A stretch of DNA of 64,000 nt from Minisyncoccota bacterium (GCA_041674225.1 JBAYWG010000001.1:38501-102500), one strand, 5' to 3'; shown: positions 11,050 through 21,737, numbered from the stretch's first letter. Translations and numbers: made by a program. The notes: a model not told the origin generated them from the letters alone.

Positions 11050-14000
11050 CTATCGTTCTCTTTCTTCTGCGAGTTTCGCTTCGATTTCAGTTTCAATAGC
11101 TTGAGCTTCGATATTTTTTTGACTACCAGTAAATCCTGTTCCAGCTGGGATCAATCGTCCGATAATCACGTTTTCTTTTAGACCTTCTAATCTATCTTCT
11201 GCACCCTTCACTGCTCCAGCAATCAAGATTCTTGGAGTGTGTTGGAATGAAGCAGCAGATAGGAAACTGTCTCTTGTAAGAGAAACTTCTGTGATTCCCA
11301 TGATCAATTGATTTACAACAGCTTTGTCATCAGTTAATTCATTTGCTTCTTCTACTGCAATGTACTCAGCCACTTCACCTTCTGAGAACTTAGTTCCTCC
11401 AGATGAAACGATTCGTACTCGTGAGAACATTTGTCGAATAATAATTTCGATGTGTTTTCGAGAAACAGCAGCTCCTTGTAGTTCGTAAATTTTATTTACT
11501 TGACTGATGATGTATTCTTGAGTTTTTTCTCTTCCAGCGAATTCAAACAACTCTTGCAAGTCGGCAGAACCATCTGTTAGGAATTGTCCTCTTTCAACAT
11601 GATCACCAGCTTTTACCAAAGGAGTTCGTACTGATGAGAAAGTATATTCAATTTCTTTCTTAGTACTTTTCTTTGCAGCACTTCCAGCGTCTGGAAGGAT
11701 GTGAATTACTTTTTCTTTTCCGTGATCTAGGATTTCGCTAATTGTTCCTGATACTCTAGCGATTACAGCAGGACTCTTTGGCTTTCGTCTTTCGAATACT
11801 TCTTCTACTCGAGGAAGACCGGCTGTAATATCTCCTCCAACTGAGGCTGTACCTCCGGCATGGAAAGTACGCATAGTTAGCTGTGTTCCAGGCTCTCCAA
11901 TCGCTTGCGCAGCCACAGTTCCAACAGCTTCTCCGATATCAACTAATTTGTCTTTTCCTAAATCTAGACCGTAACATTTTGAACAAACTCCGTGTTTTGA
12001 TTCACAAGTAAGTGGAGAAAATACTGAAACAATTTCTGGTGCATTCTTTTCAATTACCAAAGCATCCGCCTTCGTAATCAAATGACCTTTCTTGAATACA
12101 GTTTTTCCTTCAACATCTACTAAATCTTTTGCAAGAATTCGTCCTCGAACTTTTTTAGAAATTGGAACATCGATTCCTGAATCACTATCTCGTTTGATTT
12201 CAATTTGTTTGTTTGTTCCACAATCTGCTTCAGAAATAATTACGTCTTGAGCAACTGAGAATAGTTTTCGAGTTAAGTATCCGGCTTTCGCAGTGTTCAA
12301 AGCTGTATCGGCAAGACCTTTTCTAGAACCGTGAGTTGTTGTGAAGTATTCAATCGGAGTTAGTCCTTCTTTTGAAGAAGAAAGAACAGGGAACTCGATT
12401 GTCTCTCCTTTCGCGTTTTGAATAAGACCTTTCATACCTGACATTTGAGAAATTTGAGATAGAGAACCTCGAGCTCCAGATTTCCACATGTCATAAACAG
12501 ATCCATTTGTATCAAGAAGTTCTGGAATAATTTTTTCAACATCATTCTTTACTCCGTGCCAAATATCAACAATTTTTCTAAGTTTTTCTTCATTAGACAA
12601 AAGTCCTTCGTTGTATTGATCTAGAACAACTTTTACTTTATCTTGTCCGATTTTAATGATGTCCCACTTTCCTGCTGGAACTTTAATATCATCAATACCC
12701 CAAGTCACACCAGCAACTGTTGCGTGTTTAAATCCGAAAGCTTTTATGTCATCAAGAATTTCAACAACTTTAGCAGGACCGTATTTGATAATCATTTCAT
12801 CAATCATCGCACCAAGTTTTCCTTTATCAATTGGTTCGTTAATAAAAGGATAATCGTCTGGCAAGATTGCATTAAACATCAATCGTCCAACTGAAGTTTC
12901 GATCATTGAATCTTCGTAATCAGCAAGTTTACTATTTGGTTTTCCTCGAACTTTAATTTTTGCTCGCAGACTAACCTTTCCGTAATTGTTTGCAAGGATA
13001 GCCATGTTTGGACCAGCGAAAGTTTCTCCTTCACCCATTTGTCCATCCACAGATTTAGTCATCCAATAAACTCCAAGAATAATATCCAAGTTGTTTACAG
13101 CTAGAACTAATTCTCCACTACCTGGTTTCAAAATGTTTTTATCAGAAGCCATGATTTCTCGTGCTTCGTATTGAGCCACTTCAGAAAGCGGTACGTGAAC
13201 CGCCATTTGGTCTCCATCGAAATCGGCGTTGAAAGCTGTACATACAAGTGGATGCACTTGTAGCGCGTTACCTTCAATTAGAATCGGTTGGAAAGCTTGA
13301 ATACCTAATCGGTGAAGTGTAGGAGCTCGGTTTAAAAGAATATATTTTCCTTTAATCACTTCTTCCAAAACTTCCCAAACTTCTGGCACACCTTCGTCAA
13401 TCAATCTTCCTGCTCCTCTAATGTTGAAAGCAAGTTCTCGTGCAATCAATCCAGAGATAACAAAAGGTTTGAATAGTTCAAGTGCAAGGTGTTTTGGTAA
13501 TCCACATTGATTCAATTTCAAATCAGGACCAACCACAATCACAGAACGACCTGAATAATCTACTCGTTTTCCAAGAAGGTTATTTCGGAAAATTCCTCTC
13601 TTACTCTTCAAGTTGTCGGCGATAGATTTCAATGGTCGCTTTTGCGCTTGCATTGCTCCAGCATAAAGTTGGTTTCCGTGACGGATTGAGTTGTCGATCA
13701 AAGCATCTACAGCTTCTTGTAGAATTCTTTTTTCGTTTCGCAAAATAACATCCGGTGCGTGAATATCTAGAAGTTTTTTCAATCGATTGTTTCGGTTGAT
13801 AACTCTTCGGTAAAGATCGTTCACATCTGATGTAGCTTGTCGTCCACCTTCAAGAGCCACCATAGGTCGAAGCCCAGGAGGTATCACAGGAATTCGTGTT
13901 AGGAACATCCATTCGGGACGAATCTTTGCGTTGATCATGTTTTTGATAACACTAATTCGTTTATTCAATTTTTCTTTTGCAGGACCAGTTGCTGTAGTTT

Positions 14001-14754
14001 TTTCTTCTTGTAATGCAACTAGAAGTTTATCTAAATCGATTGAACGACAGATATCATAAACAGCTTCTGCTCCAATTTTTGCTTCGAACAAAGTTGAATA
14101 TCTCATTGAGTATTTATGAAATGCAACTTCATCTAGAACCATTCCAGCTCTCAAACTGTCGATATCTTTTTTAGTTTCAGTGTAAATGTTTTTGATTGCG
14201 TCTTTTGTCTTTTTATCTTGTGAAGATGCAGTTTTAGATTTGAATTCTGATTCTAATTCTTTCATGAATCTCTTTCTTTCTTCTTCATGAACTTCTGTAA
14301 TAAGATATCCGGCAAAGTAAACAACTTTTTCCAAATCTGCCATAGACATTCCAAGAACTAATCCAATTCTTGAAGGCATTGATCGCAAGAACCAAATGTG
14401 TGATACAGGTGTTGAAAGTTCGATATGTCCCATTCTTTCTCGTCGAACGATACTTCGAGTCAATTCAACTCCACATTTTTCACAAATAATTCCCTTGTAT
14501 CGGATTCCTTTGTATTTTCCACAGTAACATTCGTAGTCTTTATCTGGACCGAAGATTTTTTCGTCGAATAGACCATGCTTTTCAGAACGTTGAGTTCTGT
14601 AGTTCATTGTTTCTGGTTTTGTAACCTCTCCAAATGACCACTCTTTAATTCGCTCCGGTGAAGCTACCTTAAGTGTCATTTTTGTAAATACTTTTTGATT
14701 TCGTTTTTTATACATAAGCCTATTCGTTATTTTTATTATCTTCTTCATTTTCAA
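11050..14754 (-). CDS. rpoC: RNA polymerase beta' subunit (true start probably at the Met near 14679)
   Basis: Contains the NADFDGDQM catalytic motif, the zinc-binding Cys cluster and the trigger-loop region. The N-terminal 25 codons of the long ORF overlap the rpoB end and are probably not translated. Confidence 0.95.
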   Translation of the reverse strand: MKMKKIIKITNRLMYKKRNQKVFTKMTLKVASPERIKEWSFGEVTKPETMNYRTQRSEKHGLFDEKIFGPDKDYECYCGKYKGIRYKGIICEKCGVELTRSIVRRERMGHIELSTPVSHIWFLRSMPSRIGLVLGMSMADLEKVVYFAGYLITEVHEEERKRFMKELESEFKSKTASSQDKKTKDAIKNIYTETKKDIDSLRAGMVLDEVAFHKYSMRYSTLFEAKIGAEAVYDICRSIDLDKLLVALQEEKTTATGPAKEKLNKRISVIKNMINAKIRPEWMFLTRIPVIPPGLRPMVALEGGRQATSDVNDLYRRVINRNNRLKKLLDIHAPDVILRNEKRILQEAVDALIDNSIRHGNQLYAGAMQAQKRPLKSIADNLKSKRGIFRNNLLGKRVDYSGRSVIVVGPDLKLNQCGLPKHLALELFKPFVISGLIARELAFNIRGAGRLIDEGVPEVWEVLEEVIKGKYILLNRAPTLHRLGIQAFQPILIEGNALQVHPLVCTAFNADFDGDQMAVHVPLSEVAQYEAREIMASDKNILKPGSGELVLAVNNLDIILGVYWMTKSVDGQMGEGETFAGPNMAILANNYGKVSLRAKIKVRGKPNSKLADYEDSMIETSVGRLMFNAILPDDYPFINEPIDKGKLGAMIDEMIIKYGPAKVVEILDDIKAFGFKHATVAGVTWGIDDIKVPAGKWDIIKIGQDKVKVVLDQYNEGLLSNEEKLRKIVDIWHGVKNDVEKIIPELLDTNGSVYDMWKSGARGSLSQISQMSGMKGLIQNAKGETIEFPVLSSSKEGLTPIEYFTTTHGSRKGLADTALNTAKAGYLTRKLFSVAQDVIISEADCGTNKQIEIKRDSDSGIDVPISKKVRGRILAKDLVDVEGKTVFKKGHLITKADALVIEKNAPEIVSVFSPLTCESKHGVCSKCYGLDLGKDKLVDIGEAVGTVAAQAIGEPGTQLTMRTFHAGGTASVGGDITAGLPRVEEVFERRKPKSPAVIARVSGTISEILDHGKEKVIHILPDAGSAAKKSTKKEIEYTFSSVRTPLVKAGDHVERGQFLTDGSADLQELFEFAGREKTQEYIISQVNKIYELQGAAVSRKHIEIIIRQMFSRVRIVSSGGTKFSEGEVAEYIAVEEANELTDDKAVVNQLIMGITEVSLTRDSFLSAASFQHTPRILIAGAVKGAEDRLEGLKENVIIGRLIPAGTGFTGSQKNIEAQAIETEIEAKLAEERER

Positions 14755-17700
14755 ATTCAGAATGAAGCTCCGCGTCCAATGCTAGACCTCTCATGTTTGC
14801 CATAAGAACATTGAATGATGCAGGTGTTCCAACTTGTCTAATAGGTTGTCCTTTCACGATTGAATCGAAAGCTGCTGAACGACCTTGAATATCATCTGAC
14901 TTGTAAGTCAAAATTTCTCGAAGTGTATGTGCAGCTCCGTGTCCAAGTAGAGCCCAGACTTCCATTTCTCCAAATCTTTGTCCTCCGTTTTGTGAACGTC
15001 CTCCAAGTGGTTGTTGAGTAATAAGAGAGTACGGACCGATTGATCGCATGTGAATCTTGTCTTCCACCATGTGGTGAAGTTTCAAAATATACATATAACC
15101 AACAGCAATGTCTTGTTCGAATTGATTTCCTGTTCGTCCATCAAATAGAGTCATCTTTCCGTCAGCAGCTAATCCTGCGCTTACCAACTCGTCTTTGATT
15201 TCTTGATCAGTTGCACCGGCGAAAGCTGGAACAATGGCTTGGTATCCAAGTGAGTTTGCAGCCATTCCTAAATGTAATTCAAGAATTTGACCCAAGTTCA
15301 TACGACTCGGAACTCCAAGTGGAGTAAGAATAATATCTACAGGTACACCATCTTTGTCATATGGCATATCTTCTACAGGAAGAACCCTTGAAATAACACC
15401 CTTGTTTCCGTGTCGTCCTGCTAGTTTATCTCCAACAGAAATGTTTCTAAGTTGTGCAATTTCAATGTGAATTCTTTTAATAATTCCAGATTCTAGTCTG
15501 TCTCCTTTTTCTCGTGAAAAGATTTTGATTCCAATCACTCTACCTCTTTGGCCCGCCTCAACTCGTTTTGAAGTATCTTTCACATCTCGTGCTTTGTCTC
15601 CAAAAATAGATCGCAATAGTCTTTCTTCAGGAGTTAGTTGAGTCTCTCCTCTTGGTGTAATTTTTCCAACCAAAATATCTCCGGGTCGGATTTCTGCACC
15701 GATACGAATCACACCTTCTTCGTCTAGGTTTTTAAGTTTAGTTTCTGAAACGTTTGGAATATCAGGAGTAGTTACTTCTGGCCCAAGTTTTGTATCTCGA
15801 ACATTGATAACAACTTCTTCCATGTGAATTGAAGTCAAAGTACTATCTTTAACCAATCTTTCTGAAACGATAATCGCATCTTCGTAGTTGGCACCAGACC
15901 AAGAAAGGAAAGCAACTCGTAGGTTTTGTCCTAGAGCGATTTGTCCATTGTCTGATGATGATACATCGGCAAGCAAATCTCCTTTTTTAACTTTTTGTCC
16001 TGGTACAACAACTGGTCTTTGACTAAACGCGGTGAAGCTGTTTGTTCTTTGGAAACTAATCAAAGGAGTTTCAATCATTTTTCCTTTTGAAGTTTCAATA
16101 ACAATTTTCTTTGCATCAGCAACAGACACAACTCCATCTTCTTCAGCTCGTACAAGACGACTTGAATTTCTTAGAGCCAATTCTTCTGCACCAGTTCCAA
16201 CAAGTGGAGCGTCAGCACGCACACAAGGCACGGCTTGTTTTTGCATGTTTGATGCCATCAAAGCTCGACTGGCTTCATCGTGATTCAAGAAAGGAATCAT
16301 TGATGTCGCAATTGAGAAAGCTTGGTTTGTGGCAACGTCGATAAAGTTCACTTCTGATTTATTTACTACGCTTGGTCGTCCACCGATTCGCACATCCACA
16401 TTATCAATTGTAATGTTTCCGTTTTCATCAAAAGGAGTCGCTGCGTGAGTAATGTTGAAATGCTCTTCTTCAAGTGCGTTTAGGAAAACTACTTCTTTTG
16501 TAATTTTTCCTTTTTCAACTTTTACATAAGGAGTTTCGATCATTCCGAAATCGTTTGTTCTTGCGTAGTTTGTAAAACGCAAAATCAATCCAATGTTTGG
16601 ACCTTCAGGTGTTTGAATAGGACAAACACGACCGTAGTGTGAAGGATGTACATCTCGCACATCTAGACCAGCTCTTTCTTTTGTAAGTCCTCCGGGTCCA
16701 AGTGCTGAGATAGTTCTAAGGTGTTCAATTTCTTGCAAAAGGTTGTCTTGTTGCATGAATTGAGAAAGTTGGTTTGTTGAGAAGAATTCTTTAATTCTCG
16801 CTTGTAGAGGTCGAGGAGAAATAAAGTTTACAGGAAGTGTAGAGTCGGCATCAATTGTAGACATTCTGTTTTGAATGTTTCTTTTCATTTGCGCCATACC
16901 TGTTCGAATTTTTTGTTGTAGAAGTTCTCCAACAAATCTAACTCTTCTAGATCCTAAGTGATCGATATCATCTTCCACGGCACCGGGAGTATGATTCAAA
17001 TCAATAACATGATTGATAATAAGCACCATATCACTAAGTGAAATAGTTTTATTTTCTAGATCTTTCTTTCCAGTTGGAAGTCCAAATCTGTTATTAAATT
17101 TAAAACGACCAACTTTTGAAAAGTCATATCGCTCTTCATCCAAAATAGAGTTTACGAAATCTCGCGCGTTTTCGAGATTCACAAGGTCTCCATCTCGTAG
17201 TCTTTTGTATATATCTAGATATGCAGAATCTAAATCTTTGATATCGTCTTTCTTCAAAGTTTTTTCGATAGCTTCTTTTGTTCGAGGAAGTTTATCAAAC
17301 AATTTTACGATTTCTGCATCTGTTTTAGCACCCATCACTCGCAAGAATGAAGTTACTGGGAATTTTCGATTTTTATCAATTTTAATATAAACGATATCAT
17401 CTGCATCTGTTTCCAATTCAATCCAAGCTCCTCGTGCAGGAATAATTTTTGCACCAAAATATTTTCTTCCTCTCAGAAGATTTGTTGTAAAAATAACTCC
17501 GAAAGATCTCGCTAGTTGAGGAACAATTACTCTTTCGATTCCGTTAATAATAAAAGTTCCATGACGAGTCATGATTGGGAAATCTGCCATGAAAATTTCT
17601 TGTTCTTTTTCTGATGCTACATTTTTATTTGTAAGTTTTGCTCTTACTTTAAAAGGAGCCTCGTATGTAAGACGATTTTCTTTAGCAAATGCTTCTGTGT

Positions 17701-17980
17701 ATTTTGGAGATTCAAATTCGAATCCAACGAATTCTAAATCGAACTTTTTCTCTGAATAATCTCTAATTGGAGAAAACTCTTCGAAAACTTTTTTCACACC
17801 TTCTTTGAGAAGCCAATCAAAAGACTCTACTTGTCCTTCGAATAAGTCCGGCATCTCAATAAGAGGTTTTTTGTATTTTGAAAAGTGTTTTTTAGGACGT
17901 GAGCCTACTGTATCTAAATGATACGAATCTTTTTGTGCCATAAAACCGTGCCAGTTAATTTTAAAGTGTACATATAACAT
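14720..17980 (-). CDS. rpoB: RNA polymerase beta subunit (true start probably the MAQKDSY Met near 17942)
   Basis: Contains conserved rifampicin-cluster and catalytic regions (GPGGLTKERAG, NMQRQAVP-like NMQKQAVP, GEMEVWAL). Confidence 0.95.
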   Translation of the reverse strand: MLYVHFKINWHGFMAQKDSYHLDTVGSRPKKHFSKYKKPLIEMPDLFEGQVESFDWLLKEGVKKVFEEFSPIRDYSEKKFDLEFVGFEFESPKYTEAFAKENRLTYEAPFKVRAKLTNKNVASEKEQEIFMADFPIMTRHGTFIINGIERVIVPQLARSFGVIFTTNLLRGRKYFGAKIIPARGAWIELETDADDIVYIKIDKNRKFPVTSFLRVMGAKTDAEIVKLFDKLPRTKEAIEKTLKKDDIKDLDSAYLDIYKRLRDGDLVNLENARDFVNSILDEERYDFSKVGRFKFNNRFGLPTGKKDLENKTISLSDMVLIINHVIDLNHTPGAVEDDIDHLGSRRVRFVGELLQQKIRTGMAQMKRNIQNRMSTIDADSTLPVNFISPRPLQARIKEFFSTNQLSQFMQQDNLLQEIEHLRTISALGPGGLTKERAGLDVRDVHPSHYGRVCPIQTPEGPNIGLILRFTNYARTNDFGMIETPYVKVEKGKITKEVVFLNALEEEHFNITHAATPFDENGNITIDNVDVRIGGRPSVVNKSEVNFIDVATNQAFSIATSMIPFLNHDEASRALMASNMQKQAVPCVRADAPLVGTGAEELALRNSSRLVRAEEDGVVSVADAKKIVIETSKGKMIETPLISFQRTNSFTAFSQRPVVVPGQKVKKGDLLADVSSSDNGQIALGQNLRVAFLSWSGANYEDAIIVSERLVKDSTLTSIHMEEVVINVRDTKLGPEVTTPDIPNVSETKLKNLDEEGVIRIGAEIRPGDILVGKITPRGETQLTPEERLLRSIFGDKARDVKDTSKRVEAGQRGRVIGIKIFSREKGDRLESGIIKRIHIEIAQLRNISVGDKLAGRHGNKGVISRVLPVEDMPYDKDGVPVDIILTPLGVPSRMNLGQILELHLGMAANSLGYQAIVPAFAGATDQEIKDELVSAGLAADGKMTLFDGRTGNQFEQDIAVGYMYILKLHHMVEDKIHMRSIGPYSLITQQPLGGRSQNGGQRFGEMEVWALLGHGAAHTLREILTYKSDDIQGRSAAFDSIVKGQPIRQVGTPASFNVLMANMRGLALDAELHSEFENEEDNKNNE

Positions 17981-18196
17981 TTAAAACACACTAAAATAAA
18001 ACTTAGATAATCCGTAGTGCAAAAATAACCCACTTGAAAATGGGGTGCATTGAAATTACCTCTCTATCTAATTTATAGTGCTCAAAATGTTAGAAATTAT
18101 GTGAGCTTGTAATGAAATTTTAAAACGCGCGTTTCCTCTCTTTACTCAATCCGCAATATAGATACTACCTTATTATAAAATTTTGGTCAAGAAAAT

Positions 18197-18859
18197 CTAA
18201 AGATCTTGTGTGGAAGACCGTCTTTTTGAGCGATATTCGTCGATTGCCTTGTGGTTTCCAGATAGTAAAACTGGTGGAACCTTATATTTTTTGCCCTTAT
18301 ATTCAATAATTTCTGGCCTTGTGTACACATCGTGAGAAGCAACTCTCGCCTCTTCTCTTGAATCAAAATCTCCTAAAACTCCTTCAATTTGTCTCGAAAT
18401 TACATCTACTATAATCATAGCACCTAATTCTCCACCTGTTACAACATATGGACCCACAGAAATTTCTTCCATCTTGAACACCTTTTTAATCCTAGAATCT
18501 ATACCTTCATATCTTCCACAAATCAAAATTAGGTCTGTATTTTTTTTATTTTTAGAAACTTTAAAAGCTGTTTCTGTTGTGAATTGTTTTCCACCAGGAG
18601 ACAAAAAATAAATTTTTACATTTTCCTTTTTACCTTTCGCTTTTTCAATTGCTTTTATTATTGGCAAAGCTTCAATAACCATTCCGGGACCTCCGCCGTA
18701 TGGTTTTTGATCAATTCGCTTGTTTTTATCTTTTGTAAAATCGCGCGGATTGTAATATTTAATTTTTATTTTTTTCTCCTTAATTGCCCTACCAATAATT
18801 GAAGTAGAAAAATAAGATTCAAAACTTTCTGGAAAAAGAGTGATTATGTGAAAAATCAT
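18197..18859 (-). CDS. trmD: tRNA (guanine37-N1)-methyltransferase
   Basis: A 220-aa SPOUT fold with ITLFPE, GRYEGID and the GGELGAM motifs. Confidence 0.9.
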   Translation of the reverse strand: MIFHIITLFPESFESYFSTSIIGRAIKEKKIKIKYYNPRDFTKDKNKRIDQKPYGGGPGMVIEALPIIKAIEKAKGKKENVKIYFLSPGGKQFTTETAFKVSKNKKNTDLILICGRYEGIDSRIKKVFKMEEISVGPYVVTGGELGAMIIVDVISRQIEGVLGDFDSREEARVASHDVYTRPEIIEYKGKKYKVPPVLLSGNHKAIDEYRSKRRSSTQDL

Positions 18860-18861
18860 AT

Positions 18862-19176
18862 TTAGATTTTCAAATCGTCTATTGCTTCATCAATACTTCG
18901 GCTATCAAACTTTTTTGAAACCTCACCTCCATCCGGTTCTAAAACTTTAAAACTCACGTTAGCCTGGTTCTTTTTACCTACAATTTTCAAAAGCAAACGA
19001 ATTGCAACAGCGGTTTTTCCATCACGACCGATTACTTTACCCATATCTTCAGCATCTACAGTCAATTTCAATAAAACACCCATTGCATCCATTGATCTTG
19101 TTACTGTCACTTTCTCTGGTTTACTAACCATTGCCTTAACTACATATTCTAAAAATTGTTGATCTGTTTCTACCAT
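18862..19176 (-). CDS. KH-domain RNA-binding protein (YlqC/UPF0109-like)
   Basis: VIGRDGKTAVAIRLLL contains the GxxG KH motif. It lies between rpsP and trmD, the canonical position of the KH gene. Confidence 0.7.
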   Translation of the reverse strand: MVETDQQFLEYVVKAMVSKPEKVTVTRSMDAMGVLLKLTVDAEDMGKVIGRDGKTAVAIRLLLKIVGKKNQANVSFKVLEPDGGEVSKKFDSRSIDEAIDDLKI

Positions 19177-19258
19177 ATCTGTTGTTAGTATTAATTAAGC
19201 AATAATGAAATACTGCTGTATAAAATCGTGTCAAAGTTGTGAGCGACTGTCAATAAAG

Positions 19259-19774
19259 TTATTCTGCCTTTGCTTCTTCTACAACTTCTTCTGCTGGAGT
19301 TTCTATTTCTGCAGGTGCTTCTTCTACAACTGGAGATTCCTCTACTACTGGCGCTGATTCTTCTGAAACAACTTCCTCTGCAACAACTTCTTCAGCAGGA
19401 GCTTCGGCTACGGCTGGAGCTTCTTCTTTAACCTCTTCTACAGGAACTTCTTTTCGAATAGGAGTTTTTAGTGGTAGAACGTTGATTTTCTTTCCAGCAA
19501 TAACTTCGTGAGTAATAAGTAGGTTGTGAACAGTATCAGAAACTTGAGCTCCTTGAGCAATCCAGTGTTGAATTCGTTCTTTCTTTAATTGAGTGTCAGC
19601 ATTTCGTCGCGCATCATATGAACCCAATATTTCTAAGAATTTTCCACTCTTTGGACCGTTTTTTGAATCTGTTAAAACAACACGAAAAGTTGGCTCGTGT
19701 TTTCGCCCTGTTCTTTGTAATCTAATCTTTAACATAAGTGACAAAGAGAATATCAAACATTTGATTAAAGTCAA
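19259..19774 (-). CDS. rpsP: 30S ribosomal protein S16 with an Ala/Glu/Val-rich C-terminal extension (likely start at MLKIRL, about 19735)
   Basis: The MLKIRLQRTGRKHEPTFRVVLTD core matches S16. The C-terminal ~70 aa are an acidic low-complexity tail. Confidence 0.85.
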   Translation of the reverse strand: MTLIKCLIFSLSLMLKIRLQRTGRKHEPTFRVVLTDSKNGPKSGKFLEILGSYDARRNADTQLKKERIQHWIAQGAQVSDTVHNLLITHEVIAGKKINVLPLKTPIRKEVPVEEVKEEAPAVAEAPAEEVVAEEVVSEESAPVVEESPVVEEAPAEIETPAEEVVEEAKAE

Positions 19775-19802
19775 TGGTCGGGTTAGTATAATCTCAATTA
19801 AT

Positions 19803-21737
19803 ATGCAAAATAATCAAAAAACTATTGAAGCAACGATTGCTATCAGTAAGCCAAGAAAACTAGGTTTTATTAAGAATCCAAACACACAACAAGACGTAGC
19901 AATAAGACTTTCCGACATTAAACACGCCCTTCCGGGTGACACTGTTCGAGTTGAATTGAACGGTCAAAAGATCGAAGAAATGGAACAAGGTGTAGTTGTG
20001 GAAATCGTTAAAAGATTGAAGACAAAATTTGTTGGAACTGCTCAAAAAACAGGCGGCGATTGTTTTATAATTCCAGACAATCAGAAAGTTTATGTTTACC
20101 TTAATTTATCTCCTGAAGAAGCTATAAAAGTAGAGCACAATGACAAAGTTTATGTAGTTTTGGATTCTTGGGATGAAAAGGACGAACGACCTTTGGTAAA
20201 AGTTTTACAAGTGATTGGAAAAAAAGGAGTTCATGAAGTGGAAATTCGTTCAATTATTTTGGAAAAAGGTTTCGATGCAGAATTTCCTGAATCAGTTTTG
20301 CGAGACGCAGATGAACTAAAAAAAGAATGGTCACCTATTCCTGAATCTGAAATTTCAAAGCGTCGAGATATGCGAGGCACTCTTACAATGACTATCGACC
20401 CTATCGACGCCAAAGATTTTGACGATGCTATTTCATTCAAGATTTTAGACAGTGGAAATTACGAAATTGGTGTCCATATTGCCGATGTAGCACATTACGT
20501 GACTCCTGGAACGATTATCGATAAAGAAGCTTATGAGCGTCAATTTTCAGTGTATTTAGTGGATAGAACCATCCCAATGCTTCCTGAAGTTCTTTCAAAC
20601 GACCTTTGTAGTTTGAATCCAAACGAAGAGAAGCTTTCTTTCAGTGCTATTTTTGAAATTAATAAAAATGCTGAAATTGTAGATGAGTGGTTTGGAAGAA
20701 CTATTATTAAATCTGACAAAAGATTTACTTACGAAAATGCTCAAGAAACTCTCGACGCTGGTACTGGAGAATATTTTGAAGAATTAAATACTTTAAATAC
20801 GATCGCAAAAAAATTAGCTGAGAAAAAATTTGCCGCTGGTGCAATTCGTTTTACATCTGAAGAATTTAAATTTGAATTAGATGATAAAGGAGTTCCAATT
20901 GCGATTCATAAAAAACCTCATTTAGAAACTCATTCATTGGTAGAAGATTTTATGCTTTTGGCCAACAGACACGTTGCGAGATTTATTTTTGATCAATGTT
21001 CAAAAGGTGATGGTTCTTGCTCTCTAATGTACAGAGTTCACAACTTGCCTGACAAAGACAAAATTTCTGAGCTTTCTGTTTTCACAAAAGCACTTGGTTA
21101 TGTTTTGAATATAAACAAAGACGGAACTGTGACAGCAAAAGATTTGAATGCCCTTTTTGCACAAGTTGCAGGAAAAGCTGAAGAATCACTTATTACTTCT
21201 GCCGCTATTAAAACAATGGCGAAAGCTATCTACTCAACAGAAAACAGTGGGCACTTCGGTTTAGCTTTTGAATATTACACACACTTCACTTCGCCGATTC
21301 GTCGTTATCCCGATCTTGTGGTGCACAGAATTCTGGCAAAATTAATTGCAGGAGAATCTATTAGTGATGTAGATGCATTATTTTTTCAAAGAGTTGCAAA
21401 CCACGCTTCAGCACAGGAAGTTGCAGCACAAGAAGCAGAACGCGCTTCTATTAAATACAAACAAACAGAATTCATGATGAATCATGTCGGTGAAGAATTC
21501 GAAGGAATTATTTCTGGTGTTGCTCCTTTTGGAATGTTCGTAGTTTTAAATGAAACGGGAGCTGAAGGAATGATTCACATTTCGAAACTTGGTGAAGACT
21601 ATTGGAATCTAGATGAAAAGAAATACCGAATAGTTGGCGAAAAAACTGGAAAGTTTTTCACACTCGGAGATAAACTAAAAGTACGAATTGAAGCTGTGGA
21701 TTTGGATAATAGAAAGTTGGAGATGCGGTTGGTTTAG
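19803..21737 (+). CDS. rnr: RNase II/R family 3'-5' exoribonuclease (RNase R-like, with C-terminal S1 domain)
   Basis: The RNB catalytic region (DPIDAKDFDDAIS, ...SPIRRYPDLVVHR) is followed by an S1 domain. The ORF-track start at 19593 overlaps rpsP on the opposite strand, so the Met at 19803 (MQNNQK) was chosen. Confidence 0.8.
   Translation: MQNNQKTIEATIAISKPRKLGFIKNPNTQQDVAIRLSDIKHALPGDTVRVELNGQKIEEMEQGVVVEIVKRLKTKFVGTAQKTGGDCFIIPDNQKVYVYLNLSPEEAIKVEHNDKVYVVLDSWDEKDERPLVKVLQVIGKKGVHEVEIRSIILEKGFDAEFPESVLRDADELKKEWSPIPESEISKRRDMRGTLTMTIDPIDAKDFDDAISFKILDSGNYEIGVHIADVAHYVTPGTIIDKEAYERQFSVYLVDRTIPMLPEVLSNDLCSLNPNEEKLSFSAIFEINKNAEIVDEWFGRTIIKSDKRFTYENAQETLDAGTGEYFEELNTLNTIAKKLAEKKFAAGAIRFTSEEFKFELDDKGVPIAIHKKPHLETHSLVEDFMLLANRHVARFIFDQCSKGDGSCSLMYRVHNLPDKDKISELSVFTKALGYVLNINKDGTVTAKDLNALFAQVAGKAEESLITSAAIKTMAKAIYSTENSGHFGLAFEYYTHFTSPIRRYPDLVVHRILAKLIAGESISDVDALFFQRVANHASAQEVAAQEAERASIKYKQTEFMMNHVGEEFEGIISGVAPFGMFVVLNETGAEGMIHISKLGEDYWNLDEKKYRIVGEKTGKFFTLGDKLKVRIEAVDLDNRKLEMRLV

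Noticed and set aside
12643-12894. Short ORFs inside rpoC/rpoB and other large genes (for example 12643-12894, 16032-16344, 17013-17390, 37015-37653)
   Set aside because: They lie antisense or in alternative frames within highly conserved genes and carry no independent signals.
17981-18196. Possible ncRNA or riboswitch in the 215-bp region upstream of rpoB
   Set aside because: I found no convincing conserved structure or motif by eye. It is probably just the rpoB promoter and leader, and I cannot support a specific call.
19593-19802. 5' extension of the rnr ORF (track start 19593)
   Set aside because: It would overlap rpsP antisense over about 180 nt. A Met at 19803 gives a normal RNase R N-terminus.
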